From: Camelus ferus
Taxonomy: Eukaryota
Direction: 5' to 3'
Length of the DNA: 64,000 nt
Assembly: GCF_009834535.1 (NCBI RefSeq)
Contig: NC_045696.1
Coordinates: 68,574,001 to 68,638,000, forward strand
The position numbers were made by a program, and so were the translations under genes. Positions within the stretch are counted from its first letter, which is position 1; each line of letters opens with the position of its first letter. Shown in pieces: positions 13,924-27,274 of this stretch. Below the pieces are notes generated by a model. That model saw only the letters and a program-made list of their open reading frames with translations, made no database searches and was not told the DNA's origin.

Positions 13924-14378
13924 TGTTAAAAAATTAATCATGACACCTGTTAAAGACAAGGCAGACTTTATTCAAAGGGGACTCACACTAGTTGTAGGGA
14001 CCACTGCAATGGAGTTTTACAATAGGAGAGAGAGTTTGGGCTCAACTCTGAATACAACAAAGAAAAGTGGAACTTACAGCCAAGGAGCAGGATGGGGATC
14101 AGTGATGGAAAATTACTAAGAAAAACATTAGAGATAAGGGGGATGGCAGGCCTGAGTGATCAGACATCACCTAGGGGATGATGGAGGATGAGGAACCTGC
14201 ATGAATGAGAGTGATCAGATATGGAGGATGAAGGATTCTAGCTAAACCAACTTCACAGGATTCTTCCTAAAATCGGACAATGTGAAGATAAACACAGAAG
14301 CCTGAAAGTCAAGGCTTGGTTGGGAAGAGAATTCAGAGGAGTCTGATCAGAGTTTGGTCAAGGAGAGAATCTTTGTCA
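13924..14378 (-). mobile_element. Solo ERV1-type LTR (MER31/MER67-like)
   Basis: TG...CA termini, tttatt (minus-strand AATAAA) near 13967, end gtttggtcaaggagagaatctttgtca; ccttc on both flanks. Confidence 0.75.
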
Positions 14379-14429
14379 CCTTCTTTCCTCCGCTACCCTT
14401 TTCCTCCCTTCCTCCTTCCCTTCTTCCTT

Positions 14430-14830
14430 TCCTTCCTTCCTACAAAGCATTTACTGAGCCCCTGCCATGGATCTAGTGGTCTGTTGGGCACTGAGGCTGA
14501 AAAGATGAGTAAAAATGTGTTCTGCCCTGTGAGGCACTCCTGGTCTAGGATTAGAGAGAGAGAAACACAATACAATTGGAAAGATGTCATAATGGAGTTA
14601 TACAGACTTCTGCAGAAGCATTCACCTGTGTTTGGGATATGTACAGAAGAGTGTATATTTTAGCTGAATTTGGAAGGATGGGCTTGAGATTCCTTCAGGC
14701 AGAGGTTGGAGGAAAGGCATTCTGGACAAAGGGACAGTATGTGCAAAAGCCTGGATGTGAAGTAACAGGGTGTGTTAGTAGAATTGCCATGGTAGTTCAG
14801 AAAACAGAAGGGTTTTCTTAAGGGAGGAGA
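14430..14830 (-). mobile_element. L2 fragment
   Basis: caaagcatttactgagcccctgccatgg...ggaggaaaggcattctggacaaagggacagtatgtgcaaaagcctgga. Confidence 0.7.
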
Positions 14831-14984
14831 GATGATGAATGAGGGATTACTTCTAGGACTGGCTGGTAGAAGAACTTCTCATGGAAAACATGTGTCTTAA
14901 TCCACTTTTGTCTGAGGTCTGGTTAGGCCCCCATTTCTTAGGTTCCCAAGCTGTATTTTCTTAGCATCTGTGGAGGCTGCTTTC

Positions 14985-15436
14985 CAAGCCCACCTCTTAC
15001 TGCTCACCCTGTGTTCACTATGTTCCAGACACACAGGCCTCCTTCCTGTTCCTGACTGTAAACTCATGCCTCAGGACCTTTGCTTGTGCTATTCCCTTTG
15101 CTTAGAAATCCCAGATCTTCACATGGTTACCTCCTTTTTGTCATTCAGGTCTCAATTCAAATAGCACCAACTCACAGAAGCCATCCTGACCACTTCATTT
15201 GCAGTGACCCTTCCCAAATCCAGCCACTCTCCCTGAACTCATTCTGTAAAACTTTCTATGACTTTCATTATTATATCAATTGATCTTATTTGTTTACTTG
15301 TTCATATGTTTACTGTCCATCTTCCTCTTTTAGAATAGAAACTGCATGAGGGCATGGCCTTTCTTATTTTCCTACTGAATCCCCAGAACTCAGCCAGTGC
15401 AGGGCATTCAGTAAAGGTTCAACAAATTTGCTGAAT
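14985..15436 (+). mobile_element. L2 3' end
   Basis: tgttccagacacacaggcctcc...cctcaggacctttgcttgtgctattccc...tcattcaggtctcaattcaaat...caacaaatttgctgaat. Confidence 0.75.
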
Positions 15437-15754
15437 AGAGCAAGCTCGAACATATTTTTGTCTGCAGCCATCCCTTCCCAAGGACCACAATACTTACATC
15501 CTCCACCCCCATTCCCGGTGTTAAGGTATCTCAAAGAGAAGATCAGAATTGTTATTGATGAGCATGGGAAGAAAACAAAAAGAAATTGAGAGCCCTAAGG
15601 AATACTCTGGCTTGGTGAGGCCTGATAAAATGCCCATGCACTACAACAGAGAGCTTGTCCACCTACACCCCGCACGCAGGCATCTCCCAGATCCTACGTT
15701 CTCCTCCCTCCGGGTGATGTTGGAGGCTCAGCTGCTGCTCTGCCCTCATTTTCC

Positions 15755-16140
15755 AGTTTGCTGCATCCTACCTCCCCGTAGATTTTGTCCTTAGCTCTGT
15801 CAGTTCTGTAGTCACACTGCTGCATCTGTGACTGTGGAAGGCACCCATCTTAACACTCTCAGGAGTCGAGCCGTGTGCACCAGGTCATCGCCTGACTGAA
15901 GGGAGAGCATGTTTCATGCCCTGTGGGTGACACTGAGTTAGAGGAGGCAGAGGGCTGGAGGGAGGAGGGGAGACCAAGAGCAACTATAACCCTGAGCCAT
16001 TTGGCAGCTTCGTTAGTTGTTTTTTTCTAACAAACCTTGAGGGTTTTAGGAGTGTCTTTTTTGTATATTTCAAAGCTAAGTTGATTCTGCTAATGAAAGC
16101 ACCTTCCAAATCCCATTTTCTTTGGTTCAAAAGGAAATCA
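15755..16140 (+). repeat. Source copy (arm B) of the inverted duplication; unique non-TE-like sequence
   Basis: Reverse complement of 6758-7172; embedded in continuous unique sequence. Confidence 0.95.
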
Positions 16141-16924
16141 TTTCCAAAAAAAATCTTTAAAAAAGAAAAAAAGCAAATAATCTGAGGAATGTGTTTATTT
16201 TATCTTGCTTCCAAGGAAGGAAGACTTTGCATCCACGTAAGACAGTCATTTTTCTGGGCCATGAGTGTTCAGGAGCAAATCCTGTAGCTAAAGGCAAATT
16301 TCCATTTCAGCCTCCTAGACGGCCTTAATTACCTGGCAGAAATTGCAGAAGGTGATGCCAAGTGGTATTTGAACCTGTCATTTTCTCGTACTGTTTTGGG
16401 GATTCAGATGTTTTCCACTCTAATGTGGCAAAATATTCAATCAGCTTAAATTATGCATGCACTCCAGATCAAGCCAGCTAGATGTCAGGAGCAATTGGAT
16501 TTTTTTTTTTTTTTTGAATTTGGGAGACTGAAAGCCAGCAAGATAAAAGTTTAGAAGAGCTAGATACAAATTAACTTTGCAGTAAGGGGGAAAACAAGCA
16601 TAGAAGTGAGAAAACTTTTCCTCCCTGGCTAGACCAATTTCTGGGATCACTAGACAACTTTCATTAGTAACATTCTGGCAGTAATGAACAGACAGTTTAA
16701 ATGTCCAATGCCTGCTTTGAGTTTCTAAGTCTCCTTCATTTTTAAAAGTAGATGTCAGGTAACATGTTATATTTGGCACCTACTTTGTGATTGTGACAGT
16801 ATTGCCACTTCTCTGTGTCATTGCATTCATTTTTCAGGGTAGGAAACTGTCAGGGTCAAATTGACTGTATAGAGGTGGTTCTGGCACTTCTGGTTACCTT
16901 AAATGGTAGACCTGATTAATTCTG

Positions 16925-17500
16925 GGAATTCAACAAACATTAATAAACATCTACTATGTGACAGAAACTGAACTAGGATCAACATGAATGAAACATTGGC
17001 ACTGCATGCAAGCCATTCCTGAATTCCTGACATGTAGCACAGTCACTCTGACTCACAGTAGACTGGAACAAGGGTCAGGGAGGTGATGCAAACTAAGGGC
17101 TCATGGTGGGAGCCTGGGGAAAGGAAGTTAATTACAAGTCAGTGATCCAAGAAGAACTCAAGAGATTGTCAAGAATGGCTTAGATCTAATAGGCAGAGGA
17201 TGGTGTTCTAGACAGAAGAAACAGCTTGAGCAAAGGCATAAAGCTGTGCAAAAGCAAGTATGCTGTGACACCAGTGAGTAAACTAGTGTGGCTGGAGACC
17301 AGGATGTTTACGGTGCAGGGGAGGAGGTGTTGAATGAGGGAAGGAGAGATGAGCAGAACACATTAAACCTCAACGAGGGATATGGCAGACTTTGGAGGAC
17401 AGACTGAGGGATTTGATGAGTATCTAGTAGGTAAGAGAGAGCCATCTAAAGCTTCTGAGTAAACGCATGACAAATAAAACTGTTTCTGGAAGATAATTTG
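16925..17500 (-). mobile_element. L2 fragments
   Basis: attcaacaaacattaataaacatctactatgtgacag...acagcttgagcaaaggcata...gagagccatctaaagcttctgag. Confidence 0.6.
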
Positions 17501-19219
17501 AGCTGCGTTGTCACAACTGCATGAGCCCGGGGAAGTGGCTGTCAGAATGGCATGGAGGATGGACCTGCTCTATTGCTGCCCCAGCTCATTTGGCCACCCT
17601 GTTAAGTAGGGGACACCGTGGACAGGGCTGTAAATCAAGTTGTCTCATTTCAAGAAGTTCACCATGGACTAATACCACGTACAACTTGCCTTGCTTTCAG
17701 GGACTCCTGCTCTTATAACCGATGACTTTCTAACTGTGTCTCTATAGCTAATATCTAATCCTCAAAAAGTGAAAAGTTCCAACAGTCACCCAAAATTGGA
17801 ATTTCTGGATAGCTTGATATTTTGGAAAGTGTCAAAAAGAAACTGATTTTTCTTCTTATTCAAATGTTTGCTAAAAACACACATGAAAACCCATTTTTAA
17901 AAAGGAGACATCACCTTTATCTCCAATAATTTGGATTCAGGGAATCTGGGTTCTAATCCTGTGATTTACCTGATCTGGACTTCATTTCCCTCATTTGTAA
18001 GTTACTGATAATATACAGTCTCTCCTCTTCAAATGAGATGATGGGTATTAAAGTATTGAGTCAACCATGGATATTAAAGAATTGTTGTAAATGGTTAAAT
18101 TTTTGGTAAAATCAAAGCTGCATTGTAAGATGCCTATAGTAGGTGATGGATTGAGTTCTCCCATTCCCTTGTCACACTGTTCAGAAGTTCAGAACTTGAT
18201 ACTTGTGACCACCTTGTATATTTTCAACAAGTATTTCCCCAAACAGATTGTAAGTTCCACACTGATAGAGGAACCATGCCTGTTATTCATCACTATCTAA
18301 CACAATACATTTCCTACAACTTAGTGTAGGTAATTCATTAGAGATCGGCTGAGTGAAATAAAATAATTAATGATATGATTGCTTTCCCCTTCATACTGGA
18401 TATAGTCCTTCCATTTTGGGCCTTTTGACCACTTAATTCTCAGCGCACATTTACATTATCTTTTCTTCCCCATTCAAATATTGCTAAATATCTACTATGT
18501 GCTGGATGTTATGTTAAAACACTGAAGATAAAATGGTGAAAAAACCTTGGTGCCTGCTTTTATGGAGTTGGTAATGAATGCATCTTTATCATATCAGCTT
18601 CATGAATACTATCTTTTCCAAACTAATTCTTTACATTACTATTTCTATTTAAACTGTTTAAAATTAAGTAAAACTTATGCCCCTAGGATCATTTGAAACA
18701 TCTTGCAGTATCTCAAGCCCAAGAGAAAAAGAACTTTGTCATAAAGATTGATAACTAAATTTTTAAAAAATTATATAGTGTAATAGTAACCAATATCCAC
18801 ACCACTGATCTTTAAAAACTAATTATATCAAAGGTTTTTTAAAGTGAATTTCAATTATTGACAAGATCTTTAATGCCTAGGCTAACATGGAAAAATGAAT
18901 TTTTAAAATTCAGCTTGCTTTTAAAATTAAATTATGTTAACCAGCCAAAGTGAGCATGTATACTTACATCCATATGTGTGCTACATGACACTAGAAAACC
19001 AGTTTACACACTGTTCATGCTTCAACCAAGTATTCTGTACATTAAAGAAAAAATAAGACAGAAGGGTCCAGAAAAATGACAAGATATGAATTTATCAAAA
19101 TTGTCAATCAGCAAAGCCTAAAAGAAAATTTGAGATAAATTTGTTATTGGAAGAATTCTTCCCTCTGTTGATCTATTTTTGTCTTTTTCTTCGGGGAGGG
19201 TATTTGTACTATGTTCTTC

Positions 19220-21300
19220 TTAATATTTATAGGAACTTCCCCGGTCTAACATGAGGCAAAGATTCCATGTGGGCTCAAAAATAATATGTATTCTCCTGTT
19301 GCTGGATGCTGTATATATGTTTTTAGGTGCTTGTAAGTTTAGAATTATTTCCTCAGCTAATTAAAACTTTATTAATATTTACTAGACCTTTTTATCTCTA
19401 GTAATACTTTTAACATCAAGTCTGTCCTGTTTGACTTTTTCTAGACTTTCTTTTTCCATCTGTTCATTTTAACATCTCTCTGCCTTTATGTTTTAGTTGT
19501 ATCTTTTGTATATACCATATAGACTGAGTTTGTTTCTAAATCCCATTGGAAAGCCCCTGTCTTCTAACTGGAATTTAGTTCATCCACATTGACAGATTTA
19601 AATGATATGTCTTTTGGAATCATTTCTTTTATTTCATATTTTCCATTTTTGTGCTTTTTTTAATGTTCTTTTTAATTCCCCTTTTCTTTCATCTTTTGGA
19701 TTGACTCTGTTCCCTGCTTATACACCATTCAATTTATTTTCCTCCATCAGTTTGAAAGTTTTACATTCTACTTTTTGGGCTACCCTTAAAATTTTAACAT
19801 GCTTATTTAACTTAACAAAGTCCAAAGCAAACTTGCATATTCATCTTCCTTTTCAACAACAAAATAAAATTAAAATGTTTGAGGCGCTCACTCACTTCAC
19901 TCCACATGTCATTGCTGTCCAAGATATAAATTTTGTCTTTATTTTTTAACACCACAAATTGAATTATGTTGTTATTTTTTTATAATCAGTATCTGTTTAG
20001 TTTTACCCACAAGTCCACTGTGGGTAAAACTGTTTTTTATTTGGTAGTCGTTTTATTTCTTGGATCTTCCTTCTGGAATTCTTTTCTTTTTCTGAAGAAC
20101 ATCACCTATACTTTCCTTTATTAAGAATTTGTTGAAAGTGAAGTTTTTTTTTTTTTTTTTGTCTGAAAATGTCTCTATTTCAGCGTTGTACTTGATAGAT
20201 GATTTCATTAGTAAACAATACTATTTTGACAATTATTTTCTCTTAGCACTCTAAGATATGTCTTCTAGCTTTAATTGTTGCAGTTGAGAAGTAAATTATC
20301 AGTTGTGTAGATTTTTTTCTCAACTGCTTTTAAGATTTCATTTTGCATTCAGTTTTTGCATGCAGTTCCTCTACAGTGGGTCTCAGTGTGGATTTTTTTC
20401 CCTTTATTCTGCTTGGGATTCACTGGGCATTCTGAACCCAGTGTTGGTGGGTGTCTTTCATCAATTCCAGAAAATTTCAGTCATTAGCTCCTCAAGGATT
20501 TTCTCTCTTCCATTCTCTCCTTCTGAAATCCTGATAAGTACATTAGAGGTTTGTACTCCATCACCTATGTGTCTAAATTTTTTACCATGTCATCTATATT
20601 TTCTAGATAATGTCTTCAAATATATCTTAGAGTCCAATAACTCTTCCTTCTGCTGTGTCTAATATACTGTTTAACCCATCCATTAATCTTCTAATGTCAA
20701 CTTATATATTTTTAATAAATAAACATTCTATAGTTAGGTTATCCTTCAGTTCTACCTGGTCAAATTTTACAGTCTTTGTTCATCTTATTTCAATACTCTC
20801 TTTTATTACTTTAGGCATTTTAATTATATTTATTTTATATTCCATTTCTAGTGATTTCAGTTAGCGATCCCCATAATTTGTTGTTTTTACTGATTCTCAT
20901 GTACAGGCTAACTTGTGTGTGTAGTAGTTTTTGCATGAGTTCATGTTCCTTGAGTGTTCCGTGCAGAAATCCTTTGAAGTTTGGCTTTGAAGTGTGTTCC
21001 TCCATAGAAGACTTGTGTTTGCTCCTTATAGCCAGCAAGAGGCACTGCCACCCAAGGCCACTTTAAACTTAATTTTTAGCTTGGATTTTTTGGTGCCACA
21101 CAAGTGGTTTCAAATCCTCAAACACTGCTTAGGTTTAGGAATTCTCAGAGGAAACTTATGTTTTTCTTTTTTTTTTTTCCTGCTCCACCCAGAGTCAAAA
21201 TCAAGTCAAGTATGTTGTCCATTTTCTTCCTCTACTGGTTGTAGGAGTTTCTTCTTAGGGACATCCAACTTTATGTGGTAGTCTAATCTTACCCCCACCC
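19220..21300 (-). mobile_element. Ancient L1/HAL1-like element (decayed ORF1 and downstream region)
   Basis: T-rich; gtctgaaaatgtctctattt, tcaattccagaaaatttcagtcattagctcctcaa and ctgctgtgtctaatatactgtttaacccatcc are typical antisense ORF1-region motifs. Confidence 0.65.
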
Positions 21301-22539
21301 TGCCCAGCTCAGACTTTGTCTCCAATTAGAAGCCAGACACTAGAGCACCTATGATCAGATCTCACACAAGGGCAAACTATCCCCAGGGATCAAAAACTTT
21401 CTTTTATGTCTGGCTTCCTTTATTTTCCAAGGAGCTCATCCATGCATTGCCAAAATATATGATTTTTATATTTTAAATGGGTTACATGAGAGGTTTATAT
21501 AGGCATCTCTTTTACTATCTTGCTGCTCAGTCTTTTCCTTAAAACCTTCTTCTTTTTGTTCCTCTCTCTTCAAAAAGCCACTATAAAGGAAAAACAAAAT
21601 ATAAAATAAATTGTGCTTATTGTAACACTGTTAATTTATTTGACATTTATTGGACAGAAAATGTCTACTTTATGGATGTTTTTAAGTTGATGTTCCATCC
21701 AGGGTTAACACTACTTTTTGAGTGTCCACTGACATGTTTATCCTGCAAGCTATTTTCTTTGGCTAACCTCAGTAAGTAAGTCTATGGTGTAATGCCACGT
21801 ACATAAAAGATGTTGTTTAAGATAAACAATAGTGTTTCACAGTAAATATTCAGACTTGGGATATACACAGCCATTCTTAATCCCAGTTCTGAATTCTGTG
21901 TCCCTACAACTTCAAGACACCTTTGCTACTATAATATTTCTGTTTGCTAGAGGATTCCAAATACCAATTAGGTGCTAGAGAATGAGATGGGGGACTAGAG
22001 AAGGAACAAACATTTATGGAAAGGTGACTCTTAGCAAGGAGTCATGCTTTGTGTTGTGAGCATCATGAATGAGTAATAAACAGTCTCTGCTTTTAAGTAA
22101 CTTACAGATATAAGGGCTAGAAAACACGGTTTCTAAAACCTCTTGGATCCATTTTTACTGACCTCTCAGGTCCTATAGGAGGAGAAATGTGAGGCATGGG
22201 AGTTGGGTATAAAATCAACAATGTCTGCTTTACTAGGGATTGCAACTGGGCCATCTGGTAGATTAGAGGAACCTCTAGAAAAAGCTAGGTTGCAATGAGG
22301 GATGCTGGGATCATTAAGGACAGACAAATCACTGCTAAATAGAGTCTAGCATGGAAGTGCACACTCCTAAAAAAGGCAGGCCCAAAAGTGAAGAAATTAG
22401 ATATCTGAAAAAATTCACGATGCTGTACTTTACACCCTCGTTGTTCAAAATGTGGCCACACTCCAGACCCGCTGTATCAGAATCTGTAGGTTAACAACAT
22501 CCCCAGGGGATTTGCGTGCCCTGTTTGAGATGATGTCGT

Positions 22540-22636
22540 AGGGTAACCAACTATCCTGGTTTGCTCTGGGCTGAGTTGGGGGAATTTCAGTGCTAAAACT
22601 GGACTGTCTCAGGCAAACAGAGACTCTGATCACCCT
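22540..22636. mobile_element. MER81/MER94-like hAT-Blackjack MITE
   Basis: Terminal inverted repeats agggtaacc...gatcaccct; internal tttcagtgctaaaactgg. Confidence 0.65.
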
Positions 22637-23386
22637 AGAAGCACTACATTAAATGGTCCCTGCGAGTTTCCTCAGGGGTCCTATGTGCTGGGTAAGAGAG
22701 AAGTATGTGTGAAATTATGAAGAATTCTATTCCTGGGTATCCAAGTGGGACACAGAAAGGAGAACATGTATCCCTGTTTATAGAAGAGAGTTTTGGATAT
22801 GGAAGGTAAGCAGGGAGTCGATGGCAGAGCTTCAGGTGGTAGTAGTGGAGGGAGCAGTTTTCTCAAGCATTGCTTGTCACCAAGGTGTTACTGGTGCTAC
22901 ATCATGGAGAATGGAGTGGCACCTAGACATGACAGATGCAGAATCACAACAGTAACCAACAGTGGTGCAGGTCTCCAGCCCCTGGTGTGGAGAAGAACAG
23001 CAGGGGCACCTGCACGAACAGAGGGGTCAGGGGTTCAGAGGTGGTCAGTAAGGAGGCAGTTCATAGAGGCAGATGATGGCCAAGAGAGGGTAGAGGGTCG
23101 CATTCAGAGCAGAAATATCCAGAGGAACAGAGGGCATGGACTGATACGTGAAAGTCAACATCCCCCTTTTGGTTACTAGAGGTTGTAATATTGGAGAAGG
23201 GCTCAGGGCTTGCTGCATGAAAGGTAGGAATTCAGGTTTTCTCTTGGGCTCCAAACCCAACTATCAAGGGAAGGGTTTTTACCCAGATTTTCTACCACCC
23301 AGAAGTCATCACTGGGAATAAGGTGTGGTCATACCTTCCATCTGTTCTCTCAAATGTAATTTTTCTGCTTAAAAGCTATGGGCTTT

Positions 23387-24039
23387 TGTAAGAGCAAATA
23401 TGAATTAAAAATTTAAGGTTTGATTTTCCCTGTTGAAAATAAAGATTTCCCTCTCTTCTTTTCTCTTAGAGCATTTACCTTAGAAAACTGTTAAGTGCTT
23501 TTCCATCTCCTTAACATGTAACCGTTGGCAGTTTTATGACCTAGGAATGCCTTTCTGGAAACCATCTTTATGAAATGCGAACGTTAAGGGAGATAGTGCC
23601 CCTATTTCCTAGTTCCCATGGGAAGGTAAGAGCCTAATTTCAGTGGATGCCTTGCTCCAGTTTGCAAAACTACCCCTTGTCATAAAGATGTGAGAAGTTT
23701 GTTTCTCTTGCAGGTAAAGCCAATTAGCTAATACAGGCGTTCTCCCCAGTTCCTACGGTAAAGTTAGATGAACTGTATGTGACAAGAGGTGCTGTCAAAA
23801 TCCTCTTACTTGAGGACTAGTGATTGTTTACTCACATGTCTAATGACTTGTATATGCCTGGCTGTATAAAAGGGTGTGAGTCCTTTCTGTCTTTGTGACC
23901 ACTTAGCAGATTGCCTGTGATGCATATCACATGGTTTAATGCTTATACAATAATAAAAGTGTTTTCCTTTTCTACTACCTTTGTGGAAAGGTTTTCTGGG
24001 CTGGGAAGAAATTTTGTTTTTAATTGTATTTTCCCAACC
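23387..24039 (+). mobile_element. ERV1 LTR (MER34/MER39 group)
   Basis: ttagagcatttaccttagaaaact, TATA (tataaaa ~23865), aataaa ~23952, end ttttcccaac. Confidence 0.7.
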
Positions 24040-26369
24040 CTTTTCAGTAGACTGATACCCAGCTTAACTTCTTAAACACATTTGGCCCTGTCTGTTTCCT
24101 CCACTGAGCTCCAGTGTTCTGGTACAAGCCTCCTCAACAGTAGTGCCTTGTGTTAGCGACACCCTCCAGGGACATAAGCACTCCCCTTGAGATGCTGTTC
24201 ACTGGCTGAAATGGAGATGGAGTTTGACCTGATATCTGGATAGCATCCCATCACTCACAGACACAGGTTTTATTCAACAAAAATGTATGATGATGTGCTA
24301 AAACTCAAATATGGTTTAGTCTACAGGTTTGCTCATTCTTAACCCTAAGGTAGTTTTTTTTCTTTTACTATTTAATAAAGACCATATCTCTAAATATTTG
24401 TGTCCATGTGGTCTACATAAGCAATACAAGTTAAACAGATTGACCATCAGCTGTATTATTTCTTTAAATTTATATAGTGATTTTTCTTTTTTTCAAAATT
24501 ATTTCCATGCATAATCTCATTTGAGTTTTACAGACATCCTGGAGTCAGGGTGAGTGCTATTATCCCTATATTTCAAGTGAATATACAGTCTTAAGACGAA
24601 CAACTTTCTCAAGGAAAAACTAAAGTCCACTGTGCAGGTCCCCTGACCCTGGTTCCAGGACTCATTCCACATAGCCAACAGCTCCCGTTTTCAAGCGTAT
24701 TTCAGGAGTAACTCTATAAAAGTTAGGAGCAGCTCACTAACAAATGTGTGTGTGTCTCAGTAATGACAGATCAGAAGAATGGAAAGTCCCAGGGCATTTG
24801 AGCTGTTGACAAGATGGAGCTTTGGTCTGCTGGCAAGCAGTGATAGGTTTCTCAGGCTTTTCAGCAGTGATGAGATAAGATCCAAGGTGACGCTTCTATT
24901 TCTTTTATCTTGGCTGAGACCTTGGGAAGAAGTTAAAAAGCTGGAGGAAGATTTGTTATTCAAAGAGGAGACTTTTCTTGAGAAAACTTTGTTTTGTTAA
25001 GCTTTCAGGAAATTAATAGGCTGCATTCCAGCCTCAGGAACTGGGCTGGAAGCGGCTATTGGATATTTGGTCTGTTGATTAAAAAAAAAAACACTACTGT
25101 TTGAAACTTTCTGCCAATTAAGACACCTTCTTTGTTCTTCCTTTGCTGGGGGAGACACATTTGCCTTCTCAGCTAGAACTAATTAACTATACCTGAGAAA
25201 ACTGCCACCTGTGATCATGATCTGTTTCCTCTGTGAACTACCCTCCAGAACTTTCTGTTCTTGGCTGTCTTTATTACCTGGGAAAACTTAAAGAACTTTT
25301 ACATGGCGTGGAAGACCAAGATGTGAAAGAACAACTTTCCTCTTTATGTGTGTGTCTTAATCCTTCATTGGGATTACTGTATTGTGTTAGGCTGATATCT
25401 ATCCCGGAGCTTTTGTAAAACTGCTCCTCTTGGTGATGGGTTGAGGCCTCACTGCACTGGATAGATTTGGTAAGCAGAATTGATAACCTGAATTAAAGAG
25501 ATTTGTTTTGCCTCATTAAAAACTACTCTAGAATGGAAACTTAAAATGAGAGTTGACAGAGTTGGATGGTCCAAGAATGTCATAAAAGTTTGAACCAGAA
25601 AAAAAATTATATCCTAAAAATAAAAGCTGCTTTGGCTCACTGAGTGATTTTTAAGTGCAGGATCTGGGTTCTGTTTATCTCTGTATGCACAGCCCTGTTT
25701 ATGACACACAGTAGTCCTCAATATGTGTTCCTTGTTGAATGCTTACTGACCTGGGAACGTGTTCATGGAAGCTGGTTTTGGATGACACAACAGAGAGAGA
25801 ATCCCTTGGCAAGACTAGGACCACTGGAAGGTTCTTAGTGAAATGCATTGAAATTCCATCCATATTATGACTGTGACTTTACAGAGTGAGTGGCTGATGC
25901 CCAGAGGTCAAGTCTGATGATAACTAGAGACTCAAATGAGAGAACACACAATGGAGTAGGTCTTAGGGGCAGGGTGAAGTTACTAATATTGATATTCCCT
26001 CCAACCTGCAACAATTTCTGAAACCCTTTGCTCAGACCCTGTTTAAGGATACACTCAGGGGGTTAGACAGTCTGTTTTAGCAATGATGGCCATTCACATC
26101 CTCATGTGAAACCTTGGAGACCTTTTGCTTATTTACTCTTTTAAACAGTTTGACCAGGTATCTGTGTTAACAATACAAGACTCACTGGTTTACACCACAG
26201 GATTTGCTCAGGAAAATAATTGATTTTTCTGCATGGAACACAAAGAAAACCATGACTACCTCTGAAAACAATGCACCTGTTCAGAACCAAAGTCTTGAGC
26301 AGCCCTAAGGTGGCATATCCTGGAGGAGGGTAGAGATCAGAGAGTTGAGCAAGGAGCATGTAGCCTGCT

Positions 26370-26740
26370 AGAGGGTGTAAGACAGGTACCTAATAAATAA
26401 AAAACAAGGCAGAAAGAAAAGAGTGCAATGAGAAGTATACAAGCAAAACTACTGTGAAATGGTAGCAGAGGGGGAGAGTATTTCTGAGGATTCTTAGGTG
26501 AGGTCATATTTCAGATAGGCTTTAAACGATGGGTAGAATTTGGACAAGCTGCTTTGAGAGTGAGAAGAAAGGAGATTCCAGTTGGAGGAAAGAGATTGAG
26601 TGAAATTACTGAAGTGAGAAAGAACTGACTGTGCTTGGGAATAAGCGAGTGGTTCCATTTGGCTGGAACATATGTAGAATGAAAGGGGATATTGAGAGAC
26701 AAGATATGAGGGCTTTAAACACCAGATGAAGGCAGCCAGG
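26370..26740 (-). mobile_element. L2 fragment
   Basis: ggctttaaacgatgggtagaatttggacaag...gagtggttccatttggctggaacat. Confidence 0.6.
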
Positions 26741-27274
26741 TCTTATTTGGAGTCAAAATGAAAGGCATATACTGCAATAGTGGCAGGTCAGCATTCTTGT
26801 CCATAGATAGAAGATTATTAGAGCTTCTAAGGAGCTCACAGATTTTCACCAGCCTCTGATTCTTTATAAAGAGCAGAGACTGTGATTAAACTTTTCTCAT
26901 TTCAGATGAAAAAGAAGTCAGCTGATATTCCAGCATGGAGCATTAGAAAAAGTTAATTATCAGACCAGGGCTTAGCAGTCAGACTTCACAGCCCTCTTCC
27001 AAATTATATCCTATTCTTAAGGGAAGCTTAGCCCTATTTATCAGCTATCCAGGCCACACAAGCAACCACTCTGTTCCAAGAGTAACACTAGCACTGAAAT
27101 CCAAGTCTGATGTCTGACCATTTTTAGGGCAAGTTCTTAGGCGATAGAACTAGGGCAGCCTTACCTAGGACCAAGGCAGTGAAATTGGAGAAGAGGAAAT
27201 AACTTGGAGAGAGAGTTTAAGGATACACTCAATAGAACTTATGGACTAAGATGATGGGAAAGGAGTGTCAGAGG

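Noticed and set aside
13372..13929. Longest ORF (185 aa)
   Set aside because: The C-terminal third is translated CT microsatellite; no recognisable domain or exon structure
6219..16358. 15-bp direct match tgcagaaggtgatgc near both duplicated arms (6220 and 16344)
   Set aside because: Wrong orientation relative to the inversion; one or two 15-mer matches are expected by chance in 64 kb
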